A DNA stretch of 63,854 nucleotides, filler included, from Welwitschia mirabilis (Eukaryota): NCBI GenBank assembly GCA_051453625.1. It is 5 parts of one record of this genome, joined end to end, with 100 filler letters (N's around TTAATTAATTAA, not from the genome) between each part and the next. Parts side by side here need not be neighbours in the genome. Positions count along the whole stretch, not along the records: positions 1 to 15,799 come from JBOZIK010000001.1; positions 15,900 to 35,218 come from JBOZIK010000001.1; 3 more parts are not named here. One strand, given 5' to 3'. The notes under the pieces are model-generated. The model ran no database searches, was not told the origin of the DNA, and worked only from the letters and a program-made list of their open reading frames with translations. Of this stretch, positions 13,816 through 27,540 are shown one piece after another. Every line of letters begins with the position of its first letter. Within the stretch, counting starts at the first letter, position 1. Both the position numbers and the translations under genes were made by a program.

Positions 13816-14149
13816 TAAATTTGTTATGTTGTTTTTAGATTTGATTCTTTTGAAATGCAATTTAAGCCACAAAAAAACTATTAATTTTGGAATTATGCTA
13901 CTTTGATATTACTGTAAGAATGAATTAATTTCAAGAAAATAAAGAACAAATAGATTTCTATCATGGGAAGTTTACTGAATATGATTAAAAAATGGAAATA
14001 ATGTATTTTCCAATTGTATTATAACCTGTATTGAAAAAAATAAGTAGGATTAAAAAAATAAAACAGAAGTCAGACATGAAAAGTTTTTAGAATTATTAAA
14101 TTTTCTTTCTCTCTCTCTCTAAAGAAAGTTAAATATTTTAGATATTTTA

Positions 14150-14601
14150 ATAGTGTAAGAAGTTTTTGATGTCTTTCCTGAGGAGCTACCAGGATGTCCT
14201 CTAAGAAGAGAGATATAATTTAAAATAACTCTTACATAAAGAATGAAACCTATCACAAAGGCATCATATAGAATGTCTACTATTGAGTTGGTGAAATTAA
14301 AAACTCAACCAATAACACTTTTGGATAAAGGATTAACAAGGCCAAACATTTTACTTTGGGGTGCATCAATTTTATTTATTAAAAATAAGGATGAAGGATT
14401 AAGGCTATGTGTGAATTATAGAATTCTAAATAGGATAGTAATTAAAAATAGTTACCCATTACCAAGAATTAATGATTTATTTAATCAACTAAAATTTATC
14501 AAATTTTCTTTAAAAATTAATCTCAAATCAAGATACCATCAACTTAGAATCAAAGAGAAAGATATTTTCAAAATAGGAATAGGATTTTGCATGAGGTATG
14601 G
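14150..14601 (+). pseudogene. Ty3/gypsy chromovirus (Tekay/del-like) reverse transcriptase, N-terminal fragment
   Basis: DVFPEELPGCPLRREI...KPITKASYRMSTIELVKLK...WGASILFIKNKDEGLRLCVNYRILN...KNSYPLPRINDLFNQL...INLKSRYHQLRIKEKDIFK...RYG (ORF 14243-14662). Truncated before YxDD by an LTR insertion. Confidence 0.92.
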
Positions 14602-16580
14602 TATTGTACTACCAACTTATATGTATTTGATAGGACATTTGAGTAGTTTTATAGGATATTAGATAGGTTTATGTTGGATTTGTATAATAATGAAGAGCTA
14701 AAAAGAAAGATACAAAAACATGTAATCCTCATTACATTTTATAGCATTTAAGGTAGTTTATAATATCTCTTATCTGAAGTGAAATTCTTGTAAACATTAA
14801 GGCTAATGCAATACATGAAGAACTATTAAAAAACCTATCATTCACCTCATCATCTAGATAACTATACAAACAACAAAACACTTAAGATAATGAAGATTCT
14901 AATTAGAATCAACCTGATAGATGATATGGAATTCTTACGAGGTGGAATCATCTCCTACATCATCTAGAGAACTAGCAAGATAACATCTAAAATAACACTT
15001 TACTAAAATTTACATAACTTTAGCCACTTGCCTCTATGTTTCGTGTACAGTTGTTAGGATTTTGCCCATGCCTATTGGTTTATTTTATTTATGTGTCTAT
15101 TTTTGTTAATAGGTATTGAATCCATTCTCAACTCCTGCTTGTCTTTGTTTGAACTAAAATTCTCATTATAGGATATTAAAGGTTTAAAGATCAATTCATA
15201 ATTGTAAAGAGACCTCTTCCTTAATTTTAGGCTATGCATCCTCTATTAAGATGTGGCTACTTTGTAATATGGATGTTGGTTTAAATCTAATTCAAAGAAC
15301 TCTTTTGCATATCCCTTATAGTTTATGTTACTTATGATTTTGTGACATCTTTTTTAGTGATATAGATTATGAGGGCTATGTTTGTTAAGGCTAAGAATTA
15401 TTAGTTTAGGTACATTATATTTTTTTCCTAGATTATCTTTACATAATTTTATATTTTGTTCGATGTACCTGATAGATTAGGTTGGTCTTGATCTAGTGAT
15501 AGCATTTTTTGATTAATCTAGGCTATACAAAACTGATCTATGTGACAAGATGATCTAGTATTGGATAGAATTTGCACCTAGTTTATATTTGTATTCATTT
15601 GCATAAGTATGTTGCATTATCATTTTTCAAATTGTTTTTTATTTTTGCTTAAAAGATACAAGTGTTTCATTTCTTTAAAATCAATTCTCTTTCTTTTAGC
15701 TTGTGCCTTCAACAAGAATATAACTTTTGGATCACTTCCATCTATCTTAGTATGTTGTGTTATGTAAAATTTATATTTATTTGTGAATGATAGGATCTTN
15801 NNNNNNNNNNNNNNNNNNNNNNNNNNNNNNNNNNNNNNNNNNNTTAATTAATTAANNNNNNNNNNNNNNNNNNNNNNNNNNNNNNNNNNNNNNNNNNNNA
15901 ACATCTTGGCACCATTGCTGAGTAAGACTATTAAGGAGTACAAGGGTTGTCATTATTTGAATGAGTATAACGGACCTCTATTTGATTCTTTGTCTGAGTG
16001 ATGTTTTATTTTATTAGGAGCTATAGGTTTTTTGTGTGTAGACAAACTTTAGATGCATACATTATTTTTTCTAAGCTCACTTTATTTTTAAAACTCAATC
16101 ATCTTTAAGCACCTACCTTCATCTTGAACTAAGATTCTCTTCTTCCCATTCTTCTAAAAAATGAATAGTGATAGAAGAACTTGTATAAAAAGTCTTATTA
16201 AAAGGTGTAAAAACAAACCTGAGGATAATAATAGTAATACACTTCAAGAACTTTTTTCTAAAAAAGAGAAAAAGGAATTTGAGAAAAATGGTAAGAAAAC
16301 ACCTAGAGAGATTTTAGCAGAAAAAGAGAGATCAACATAAAATAATATTGAGAATGGGATTTGGTCCCATTTCTCTTTTTAACCACCTTATTATTTCCCC
16401 TTTTCTTTTCAAAATCCATATAGAACTAATGATGAAAATCTTAGAGGTTCAATCTCATACAATCATTTTTACCCATCTAATCCATATTTCATGAACTACT
16501 ATAAAGAAGAAAATGAAAGGCAATAAGAAGATACCAACGAACACATGAAAAACACCAATAAAAAATTAGAAAATTTGGTT
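14602..16580 (+). mobile_element. Family A element 5' part: LTR (14602-15903, spans a scaffold join), PBS and start of internal region
   Basis: Starts tattgtactaccaactta. LTR end aaca is followed by tcttggcaccattgctgag (15904-15922, tRNA-Asp-type PBS). The interior 16161-16580 is homologous to the minus strand of 45940-46330 and 37150-37620. Confidence 0.75.
15800..15899. other. Artificial scaffold linker (N run, TTAATTAATTAA, N run); also at 35219-35318, 44638-44737 and 58354-58453
   Basis: The same six-frame-stop 12-mer sits in the centre of four 100-bp gaps. Confidence 0.95.
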
Positions 16581-16599
16581 GCTATTGTTTTTGTCTTTG

Positions 16600-17230
16600 A
16601 AAAAAGATCTTGAGGATATGGAGGAAGATTTTACCCATTTCAAAAAAAGACAATCATGGATAAGACACATCATCTTAACCACATTAGCTTTTGTGATATC
16701 AGCTCTAACTTATAAATTTTTTTTAATTTACACCTTACCAACATCTAATTCAAATTTTTTATTAGCATCAGTAGAGTACGAAAAAGTTCTAGTCCAATCT
16801 GTTTTATTTTTAGTTCATGATCAAGTTTACTCCTTGATCAAGCAAAATTAATGTAATTGCAAGTACAAATCTTCACCTATATTAAGTAAGAGTTAGGTAT
16901 GTAAATTTTACATTTTACATCCTTTTGTGCTTTCATGCTCTATCATGTTTTTTCATGCTTTCAGATTCATGGCAAGCTAGCTTCACATAAAATTTTCAAA
17001 ACAAACTTCAGCATTCAGTATCAGAGCTTCTAAGAAGGGGACAAGGATATTAGAAAGAAGGAATTAAAGATAGCTTTTGGTATGAAGGGTAGTTATTACA
17101 ATGGGTTGAAAAGCATTCATCAAGAACTCTCAATAGCCCTTGTTAAATCCTCTTTTTGAGGAAAGTGACCATTCCTATTATAACACTCTTTCGAGTTTAT
17201 AGTAAAAATGTTTTAAGCTAAGTTTTAAGT
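16600..17230 (+). mobile_element. Ty1/copia 5' remnant: LTR-like segment, tRNA-Met PBS and gag N-terminus
   Basis: tcagtatcagagc (~17015-17027; cf. TGGTATCAGAGC) is followed by NPLFEESDHSYY at 17146-17181 (cf. PPLFDGSNYSYW). Confidence 0.5.
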
Positions 17231-17699
17231 AAAAAGATTGTCTTGAAAAGCTGAAAAAAAATCTAAGGAAATGAATCTCTACTCTAATCAAATGCAAATT
17301 ATACTTTGAAGATAATATTAATAAAGAGTTAAAGGGAGTTTCTAATAGGAGAAAAACTCCCAAAAAATAAAGAGATGAAAGTAATTAAAGCAAATGAGTT
17401 AGATTTCCTTAAAAAAATCTACTCAATGAGGAGTCCTTGTACAGAACTTCATGAATTTTGTATAAGAAATTCATGGTTTGTAGAATATAAATTGATCAAT
17501 TAAGCTAAGAGAACCATGATCACATTTATGCAATTACTGGAATTAATAGTGCTAATTTTAAGGTTAAAAAGTAAGGATAGTTGTATAGTTCTAAAATTGT
17601 AGCACAAAAATCCACTTCTACTTTACTAAGCTTCTTATACTATTAACATGCTAAGAGTAATCTATCCTTTAGGAATTTAGTATTTTAATCATTTCTAAA

Positions 17700-18720
17700 C
17701 CGAATTTTTATTTCTCTCTTATATATATATTTGTTTGTTTTTTGAGGAATTAACAAAACCTTGAGCTTAGAGTAACTGATGAGGATAAATTTTAATGTAA
17801 ATTATGATTTATTAAAGAATTGTTTTCATTATCTTAATCATGCATTTTAAATACCAATAGATGTTTTTATTTATTAGTATAATTACTAATCAATAAGTTA
17901 GTTAGTTAGTATGTTAGTAGGTAGTCTGTATGTTTTATTATTATGTTTTAGGTATAGGATATCATATGGCATGAAGATGAAAGAGACGGTTGAGGTGACA
18001 AAAAAGTAGTAACAAAACCCAATCATATACCTATTCCTATGGAGCAAAGAATGGAAACAAAAAAAACAAATAAGGGTATAAGAAGAGGATCATCACCAAA
18101 GATGGAAATATTTTTGACAAAATATTCTAGGAATAGATAGGATAAGAAGATCAAGAAAGGTAGCTCTAGCTATCCTATAAAGGGCATAACAGCATTTTTC
18201 ATAGTCTATAGTAGTACTTATAAAGGAGAACACAAGAATTAGCACATCTTTATATAATAATTGATACTTTAATATAAATATGAAAAGCATATTTTAGTTA
18301 TTAATTGAAAAAGTAATATTATTTGTATTTCCTCCTGTTTTTATAGCTAAACATAAATCAAGTTAATTAATAGTACTTAGAAATAAGTATTATCTAGCAT
18401 CTCATCTAAATTCTATCATGCTTTATTACTTTTATGATCCCCCCTTAATATAATCTATGTACATAGTAATTTAGTAGTAATAAACTAACTTGACTAATTT
18501 AAGCAACTTCATCATGAGACTATTGTGATTATGCATTTTGAACTAAATGGTTGAATCTCAACTATTTCTTTAATAAGCCTTTGGTTATTTTTATGTAATA
18601 GTGTGAGCTTATTTTTAGGTTAAGAACAACATAGTTTCTGCATTTTTCTAGTATTATTTTATATTTTTTAATGTTATTTAGTGATATTTTTATACTTATT
18701 TCACCATATAAGTACCCTCA
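17700..18720 (+). mobile_element. Athila-like 3' junction and LTR of a further family
   Basis: tttgaggaattaacaaaaccttgagcttagagtaac|TGATGAGG at 17777 resembles the Athila PPT/LTR junction. Right boundary uncertain. Confidence 0.4.
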
Positions 18721-20319
18721 TTAATCTATGGAATCAACATTTTATAGAATCCTAGTTTTGCTTGTTCTTCATTAAACAATTTATTTTGTATATCATCAAA
18801 ATTATTGTCTTCCAAACATGGCTTTAATGGTGATTTTCCATAAGTTCCTTAAGTGTCTATGTGTTTTGAATCTCTCTTAGAAATTTTTGTAAACATTTTA
18901 TTTTAGAACATAAAGAAGTCAATATCTTAAAGAAATATTTCTTGTAATTATTCTATTATTTGAAATAATCTTAGCAACATCTAGGTTTTGAAGNNNNNNN
19001 NNNNNNNNNNNNNNNNNNNNNNNNNNNNNNNNNNNNNNNNNNNNNNNNNNNNNNNNNNNNNNNNNNNNNNNNNNNNNNNNNNNNNNNNNNNNNTTATTTT
19101 CAAACCTTATATAATTATAAATAAAAAATATAGTAGGTAAAAAAAAGAGCATTGGAAAAACTCTTATTTTAACAACCATCTTTAACGTTTCATTATTTGA
19201 TTTTTACTTTAAAAACCCTTTCTACTTGAACTAAAGGCATAATTTTGACATTAGTTAATGAGTTTAAAATGTTGAATAAAGAGAGTGATGAAAAAATTGT
19301 TTGAAAAATTAAGAAGTTTCAATATAGAAAACATTTTTGTTTTAAACTTAAAAGTTCAAAGATATAAAATGTCCAGATAAAAAATGTTATTATTATAAGG
19401 AAAGAAGGAATTTAAAATTTTATTATTATTAACCGAAAAAAAAGGAAAGTCTTTGTTGAATAGTAAACTTAAAAATAGGAATGCAATAGTGATTAAAGAA
19501 TATAAAGATAAGACAAAAGACCAAGATCCAAAACCAAGTCTAGAAGAGTTGTGTAGATGTTAAGTATTTATTTGTTTCTTATGATAGAATAAGTATCCTT
19601 ATGATATGTTCTTGTTAAGAATAAGTTATGTAATTAGTTCTTGCATGTCTAGAAGTCTTGCATTTCTATTTTTACTAATATACGAAAGGAATTTTCCAAT
19701 GAAATGATAATTTTTTCTTTTAAAATTTTTCATTTGGAGGTTGGAGGGGCATATAGGAAGAATGATAAGGATGTAAATAATGTTTAAGTTTATTTTTCTA
19801 AATATGTTAGTACACTTGGGAATACCCTTTATGCTCAACATTTACTTAATATTTTCTAGGGGACATTTTTAAAATTTTGTTAGAATACCATAGTGATATT
19901 CATGGTATTATTTTTAAAAATATAATTATAGTTGAAAAACTATTTTATGTATAAAAATTTATAGTTAAAAAATAAATTTCCTTTGATTTTTGTTTCACAT
20001 CTTCTTATACTTTCTTTTATTTCCTCCATATTTCCTTTACTTTTAATAATACTATCACTAAAAAATAAAGTTATCAAACCTATAAACTCCTAATAAAATA
20101 GTATTAACAGATAAGATATCCTTAAATGAGTTTCCATGTAGTTTAAGATCAAGAAAGAACAATCATAACCTAGTATACAATAATCTTAAAAAGACACTGC
20201 TATTGAATATAACCCATATAATATATTTAATAAATAATATAAATCAAATCCAATGCTATTTTTTTTAACTCTACTCTTTTCAAAAATGAACTAAAGCCTC
20301 TCTTAAATCTAGATAAGAA

Positions 20320-20770
20320 ACCCCTTTGGACATATACTTACAAAGTGGGATTCCAAAAGAATAAAATAATTTAGTAGTTCCATTTAAAATAGTCTTTTTC
20401 TATTAATCATTATTTAAACAACATCCTCCCATGCCATACACAAAGTTTATTATAATGAACTCACCAAATCATACTATCTTTAAGGTCTAATTTGTGGAAC
20501 CACTACATGGCTAAGCCAACTTATTAAGGATATAACATACCTATACAACTCTATGTATTTACTTCATTCTTTTATTACCCTTGTTTTAACTATGGTAAAA
20601 GGTTATTGTAACATTTCATAAGAGTCATGGATTTTCATTATTAATTATAGTACATTCTTCAAGGATCATATCCCTTAAATGCCTGTTTACTTCTTTATAA
20701 AAAACATGAGATTTGTAATTTACAAATATAAAACTTGATAGCACTTTATCATGGAAAAAAGAGATTATGA
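20320..20770. repeat. Dispersed ~450-bp repeat, copy 1
   Basis: Collinear with 24600-25045; shared blocks include aaaataatttagtagtt, tattaatcattat, ttttaactatg-taaaaggttat and catatccctt. Confidence 0.85.
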
Positions 20771-21199
20771 TTAGATTTTACCCTTAATATTCATGTTTAT
20801 TATTGCATGGCTATTCCTTAAGGGAGTTTTCTTATACACCTGCTTATCCTTCCTCATATTCTTCATCCTTGTTCTACTCCACTCTTTAGATACCAGCAAA
20901 GAGTCACCTCCTAGATTATTTTTATTCTTTTATAGTTGTGAAAGAGGCTTGTTTAGTTATATTCTTTTTCCTTGGATAGTTCCTTATTATTTGTCCTTTC
21001 ATATTGTAATGATGGTATATTTTTAGATTTTGTTGAATGTTGTGGTTATTGTAGGATGCTGATCATTCTAATAGTTATGGAAAGTTATTATTCTAAATCC
21101 ATATAATACATTTTTTTTAATATGATTCTTATGGGAATTTTTATTCTAATAGGCAAATACCATTTCACAGCCTTCATAAAATGGTTTCTATCAAATCAT

Positions 21200-21620
21200 T
21201 TACAAGATCCTTTTGGTGGAAGAATTTATACAAAATCATTTGCAATTTTTTCTAGGTTGTACTATATTTGATACTTTGCTAATTTTTAAAGGTCATCCCA
21301 ATGTTTATTGAGATTCCTTCTCCCTAATCTTAAACAGTTAAATTACATTTTCTTATCTTTGATAAAATAATTTGGAATAAATTCTTTCTTAAATTCTTTT
21401 ATCAAATCTGACTAGTTCATCCAATCATTTTTTGAGGTACTAAATTAGCTCCACCATGTTGTTGCATCTCTAATTAAAAACATTACTGCTTAACAAATTC
21501 ATAGATTTCTTTTTATGTTGTTAAGTTTAAAATAATTTTTAATGTACTATAACCATTCTAAATATTTGTACAAGATCAAAAAACAATAACATAAATTTAG
21601 ATTTATACCCTTTTGACATA
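21200..21620 (-). pseudogene. Ty3/gypsy gag (retrotrans_gag) remnant
   Basis: Minus strand reads EWL*YIKNYF...DATTWW (21468-21451)...LIKEFKKEFIPNYFIKDKKM*FNCLRLG. Confidence 0.65.
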
Positions 21621-22186
21621 TTCTAATAGCTCATAATATTTACTTTGACTTAATTTTTTGTGTAAATTACATAATGTTGATGACTCTAGCAATAGTGTGA
21701 ACTATCTTTATAAATTTTGTATCTTCTCATCTTGATCTTAAATGGAGAGTTAGATTTGAAATTGTGATCCTTAAATTGTTTATTATGATGGTTGCCTTTC
21801 TAATACGTATAAGATAGAATCTAATTTATTATTTATTTGTTTTTACAAGGTCTATACATTGCATGATTAGCTTTAAGCTAGTAATAAACCTCATTAATTC
21901 ATTGTTCAAAGTAGTAATGTGAGTATTCATAAAATCCTCCACAACCTACTAATGTATGTATTTTCTAGGGGTCATCCTTCTCTTTTACCTATTACTCAGA
22001 TTTTTATAACTTGGATTTCTACTAATTTGTTATTTTAGAAGTTATAATTAAAAAACTCTTATTATTATAATAATAAACTAATGAGAATNNNNNNNNNNNN
22101 NNNNNNNNNNNNNNNNNNNNNNNNNNNNNNNNNNNNNNNNNNNNNNNNNNNNNNNNNNNNNNNNNNNNNNNNNNNNNNNNNNNNNN

Positions 22187-24420
22187 GTACTTATGGTTAT
22201 GTGGGATTCCTACTTAGAATAATAACACTCCCTTGTATTAAAAGCTATCTTATTTTTTATATAAACTAATGATGTGGACTATGTAAATCCTCATAGGTCA
22301 TATGAACTATGTAGTTAGAACAATAACATCCCTGAGATTAGAAAATACATTATTTATTCTATAAAATAATGATGTTAACTCTATTAATTCCTATGGGCTA
22401 TAAGAACTACCTAGTTAAAATAGTTGCATCCTTCTATGTTGAAAACTACTACATATACTCCATAGATTACTGATTTATAATCTATGATTCCTTATGGATC
22501 ATATGGGTTAATAATCAAAATAGTAGTATAACCTTATGTTGGAAACTAGCTTATTTTGTCTATATACTTATGATGTAAATTATATGGATACTTGTGGGTT
22601 ATATGGACTACCTAGGTAAAACAATAATATCCTCTTATATTGAAAGCTACTTCATTTATTCTATAGATTGATGATGTGAACTCTTTGATTTCATATGAGG
22701 TATATGAACTACATCGCATTCCATCATGTTGGAAACTACCTCATTTGATCTATAGGCTAATGATGTGAATTCTATGAATTCTTATTGGTCATATGGGTTG
22801 CCTAGTTAGAATAGTGACATTCCTTATATTGGAAATTACCTCATTTTCTTTAAAGATTAATGTTGTGAACTCTGTGAGTCCCTATGAATCATATGGTCTA
22901 TCCAGTCATAGCAATAACATCTTCTTATGTTGAAAATACCTTATTTTCTTTGAAGACGAATGATGGAGACATTGTGGATTCTTTTGACACATATTAGCTA
23001 CCTAATCAAAATAGTAATATCCCCTTATGTTGAAAAGTGCCTTATTTACTTCATGAACTAATGATGTGGATGTTGTGAATCCCAATGGGGCATATGAGCT
23101 TTATAGCAAGAAAAATGATGTCTTCTTATGTTCAAAACTATCTCATTTGATCTGTATACTCCTGATGTAAAATCTATGAATTCTTGTGGACCATAAGAAT
23201 TGCCTAGTTAAAATAGTAATGTTTACTTATATTAGAGATGGTCTCATCTACTCTGTAGACTAATGATCTAAACTTTGTAAATTCATATGAGTTATATGGA
23301 CTTTTTAGTCAAAATAAGAATTCCTTCTTATGTTGAAAAGTACCTCTTTTGCTTTATAGACTAATAATGTAAGAGTTTGAATTCGTATGGATTATATCCC
23401 TAGTCAAAATAATGGCCTCCACATATGTTGAAACTGTCTCATTTTTTAATAGACTAACAATGGGAGCTTTCTGAGTTCCTCTGGTTATATGGACTACCTA
23501 TTTACAATAGTGACACATTGATATGTTGAAAACTAACTCATTTAATTTATATACTAATGATGTAGACTTTGTGAGTTCCTATGGATCACAAGGATTTCTT
23601 AGTCAAAATAGTGATACCTAAAATAGTGATATCTCCTTGTATTGAACACTACCTCATTTAATCTATAGACTAATGATGTGGACTCTATGANNNNNNNNNN
23701 NNNNNNNNNNNNNNNNNNNNNNNNNNNNNNNNNNNNNNNNNNNNNNNNNNNNNNNNNNNNNNNNNNNNNNNNNNNNNNNNNNNNNNNNNNNNNNNNNNNN
23801 NNNNNNNNNNNNNNNNNNNNNNNNNNNNNNNNNNNNNNNNNNNNNNNNNNNNNNNNNNNNNNNNNNNNNNNNNNNNNNNNNNNNNNNNNNNNNNNNNNNN
23901 NNNNNNNNNNNNNNNNNNNNNNNNNNNNNNNNNNNNNNNNNNNNNNNNNNNNNNNNNNNNNNNNNNNNNNNNNNNNNNNNNNNNNNNNNNNNNNNNNNNN
24001 NNNNNNNNNNNNNNNNNNNNNNNNNNNNNNNNNNNNNNNNNNNNNNNNNNNNNNNNNNNNNNNNNNNNNNNNNNNNNNNNNNNNNNNNNNNNNNNNNNNN
24101 NNNNNNNNNNNNNNNNNNNNNNNNNNNNNNNNNNNNNNNNNNNNNNNNNNNNNNNNNNNNNNNNNNNNNNNNNNNNNNNNNNNNNNNNNNATATGAACTA
24201 CCTAGTCAGAACAATGATGCCTCCTTATGTTGAAAACTACCTTATTTACTCTATAGACTAATGGTATGGACTCTATGAGTGACTAGAAGCTATATGGACT
24301 TCCTAGTCAAAATAGTAGAGTTTTTTTAATGCTAAAAACTATTTCATATACTCCATAGACTAATGACATGGACTTTGTAAATTCCTATGAGTATTATGGA
24401 ATATCTTGTCAGAACAATGG
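22187..24420. repeat. Degenerate tandem array, ~100-bp unit, at least 17 visible units, interrupted by a gap
   Basis: Approximate consensus ctacctagtcaaaatagtgacatcccttatgttgaaaactacctcatttactctatagactaatgatgtggactctgtgaattcctatgggtcatatgga. It recurs at ~22205, 22305, 22405, 22506, 22606, ... 23590, 24196 and 24296. Confidence 0.95.
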
Positions 24421-24599
24421 TGTTCATGGGCCCTATTTTAATCATAGTAAAGCCTATTAATATCAGGTCAATATCATTTCAACATTACTTTATCTTGTAT
24501 AATTTACTTACTCTTTTACTTTTATAAATCCTTTTCATCTAATATTAATTCTAATGGTCAAATGAATTTAATTATATTTTATTGGTAAAGATTAAAATC

Positions 24600-25045
24600 T
24601 TTAACATAGAACTCTTGATTGAAAAGTGGAATTTGAAAAGAACAAAATAATTTAGTAGTTTCAGTTGAAATATGCTTGCTTTATTAATCATTATCTATAT
24701 AACATCTTCCCATGCAAAATAGAAGGCTTTCATATGGTGGGGCAGCTAGGTCATGCTACCTTCAAGGTCTAGTTTTTGGAACTACTAGGGAATCAAGCCA
24801 TCTTGTCAACAACTTAGTATACTCATGAAACTTCCATGCATGCCCTTTACTTTTCCATTTCCCTTATTTTAACTATGATAAAAGGTTATCATAATGTTTC
24901 ATAAGAATCTTGATTATTCATTATTGAGTACACTATGTTTCACAAAGGTCATATCCCTTGAATGGTTGTTTATGTTATTTTAACAAACATGACAAGTATA
25001 ATTAATAAATATAAAGTAAGATAGCATTTTATTATGGGAAAAAAT
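24600..25045. repeat. Dispersed ~450-bp repeat, copy 2
   Basis: Direct-orientation homolog of 20320-20770. Confidence 0.85.
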
Positions 25046-26032
25046 AATCGTAATACAAAGTATAATAAAATAATTTTAACTAGCTAAGAAGTGAAAGAAA
25101 AATATCTCCTCTTAAGAAAATATGAATAAAGAATTAAGAACCATTCTTTCACATCTAAATAAGTAGTAGAAGACTTTGAACCTTAAATACAACTATAGTT
25201 ATTAAAGAAATTATTTCATATCAACCTTAAAAAATCATCAATACCAAATTAAAATCAATAAAAAATAATGAAAATTCCTACATTACTTTGAAAACTATCC
25301 TATTTTAAAAGCTAAATGTAATAACTAATAGAAATAATAATAATGAAATTTAACTTGTATCAACTATTATTCACATACATGAAGGAAGATACAGAATTCA
25401 AATAAACTTGAGTCTAAATGATTTATTATGCACAAGTACAACATTAGCTAATTTAAATAATAACACCTAATACTTTTGTGAGAGTTAGCAATAAAAAAAT
25501 GTAGATACCTAACTTTGGAACTAGGCAACATTCTACTTTACCTCTTTTAACTTAGAATGTGGGATCTCTACAAACCTTATATTCAAATATTAATCTTAAT
25601 CTAGCATTAGCATGAACATTTTACAACTACACAGCTATATTAACTATAAGTGAACTACCTAATATACTAATATTATGATGGGATCAACTTCTAACTCCAC
25701 TATAATCAATTGAACTAATTCCATAATGGAATGTAAAATCAAGAAAACCACATTTACTATCTAATTTGCAATAAAGTCAAGTTAGATTAGATTCTTTATA
25801 ATAACTTCAATTTTAAAGTTATATAGATTTATAGCTTTTAATTGTATCTTAAATAAGATAAAATCTTAAAAATACAAACATTTTAACATAGATAAATTTA
25901 AGATGAATCATTAGTATTTCCATCAAGTCTAAACATAGAATTTAAAAATGTATAATTATTTCTCAACTTATATGGAATAGACAGTGATGATTCTATAATA
26001 GTTCTAGTAAATTTTGAAAATAGGTTAGAAAT

Positions 26033-27540
26033 ATTATTAAGCTTCATGGAGTTCCTAAGGTAATAATTTTAGATAGATATAATAAATTCACATCTAGATT
26101 TTAGAAAGCTTTTTATAAGGGATTAGGTACAAAACTAAATTGAGTATAACTTTTCATCCTCAAACTAATAGATAGATTAAAAGAATAAATTAAATATTAG
26201 AAGATTTATTAAGATTGGTTATTTTAGACTTTAGAAAATCTTGGGTAGATCATTTGCTACTAGTCAAATTTACTTGTAATAATAGTTATCAAGAGTCAAC
26301 TAGATGTGCACTATTTTAATCCTTATATGGAAGATATGTAGAACTCCTATGTTTTCATTTGACATAGCAAATAAGAGAATACCACGAGTTTTATCCACTC
26401 AATACTTAAAAGAAAACATTAGGAAAATTAAAAAGAAACTATAGATAGTGAAATATAAATAAGAGAAACATGCCAATCAGCATATAAGACAAGTAGAATT
26501 TCAAGAAGAAGATCATGTATTTCTCAAGTGTTCACTACTTAATGAAGTCTTTAAATTTGGTAAAAAAGGTAAATTATCCTTAAGATTTGTAAAATCATGT
26601 TATATCAATAGGATAATTCTACTTATAACTTATGAATTAGCTANNNNNNNNNNNNNNNNNNNNNNNNNNNNNNNNNNNNNNNNNNNNNNNNNNNNNNNNN
26701 NNNNNNNNNNNNNNNNNNNNNNNNNNNNNNNNNNNNNNNNNNNNNNNNNNNNNNNNNNNNNNNNNNNNNNNNNNNNNNNNNNNNNNNNNNNNNNNNNNNN
26801 NNNNNNNNNNNNNNNNNNNNNNNNNNNNNNNNNNNNNNNNNNNNNNNNNNNNNNNNNNNNNNNNNNNNNNNNNNNNNNNNNNNNNNNNNNNNNNNNNNNN
26901 NNNNNNNNNNNNNNNNNNNNNNNNNNNNNNNNNNNNNNNNNNNNNNNNNNNNNNNNNNNNNNNNNNNNNNNNNNNNNNNNNNNNNNNNNNNNNNNNNNNN
27001 NNNNNNNNNNNNNNNNNNNNNNNNNNNNNNNNNNNNNNNNNNNNNNNNNNNNNNNNNNNNNNNNNNNNNNNNNNNNNNNNNNNNNNNNNNNNNNNNNNNN
27101 NNNNNNNNNNNNNNNNNNNNNNNNNNNNNNNNNNNNNNNNNNNNNNNNNNNNNNNNNNNNNNNNNNNNNNNNNNNNNNNNNNNNNNNNNNNNNNNNNNNN
27201 NNNNNNNNNNNNNNNNNNNNNNNNNNNNNNNNNNNNNNNNNNNNNNNNNNNNTAGCTATACTACCACATTTATCTATGTTACATAATGTATTTCATGTGC
27301 CACTACTAAGGAAATGTATTTGTAATTGAACCAAGGTTATCCCAAATAAAGATATAACTATTCTTTCTAATTATTCTATAGAAGCTCAAATAATAAAACT
27401 ATTATATAAAAAATAAATGATACTTCAAGGAAAAAAATTAAGTTATATAAAGTTAATTAATTAGGGGAGATATAAGTTAAGATAATATGGAAATTAAAAC
27501 ATGATATCTTACAGTGGAAACCTAAACTACTAACAAGTTT
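26033..27540 (+). pseudogene. Chromovirus (Tekay-like) integrase core, C-terminus and chromodomain remnant
   Basis: IIKLHGVPKVIILDRYNKFTSRF*KAFYKGLGTKL...FHPQTNR*IKRIN*ILEDLLR...WVDHLLLVKFTCNNSYQES...LYGR...GKKGKLSLRF...HNVFHVPLLRKC. Contains multiple stops. Confidence 0.92.

Noticed and set aside
15844-15855. Recurrent palindrome TTAATTAATTAA (four sites)
   Set aside because: Always centred in a 100-bp N gap; it is an artificial six-frame-stop linker.
23678-24196. Long ORFs made of X (also 31316-31780, 32509-33003, 47321-47612 and 59810-60529)
   Set aside because: Open only because they run through N gaps.
22187-24420. CRISPR array or repeat-protein coding region
   Set aside because: Head-to-tail units with no unique spacers. 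The ~100-bp period is not a multiple of three and there are many stops.
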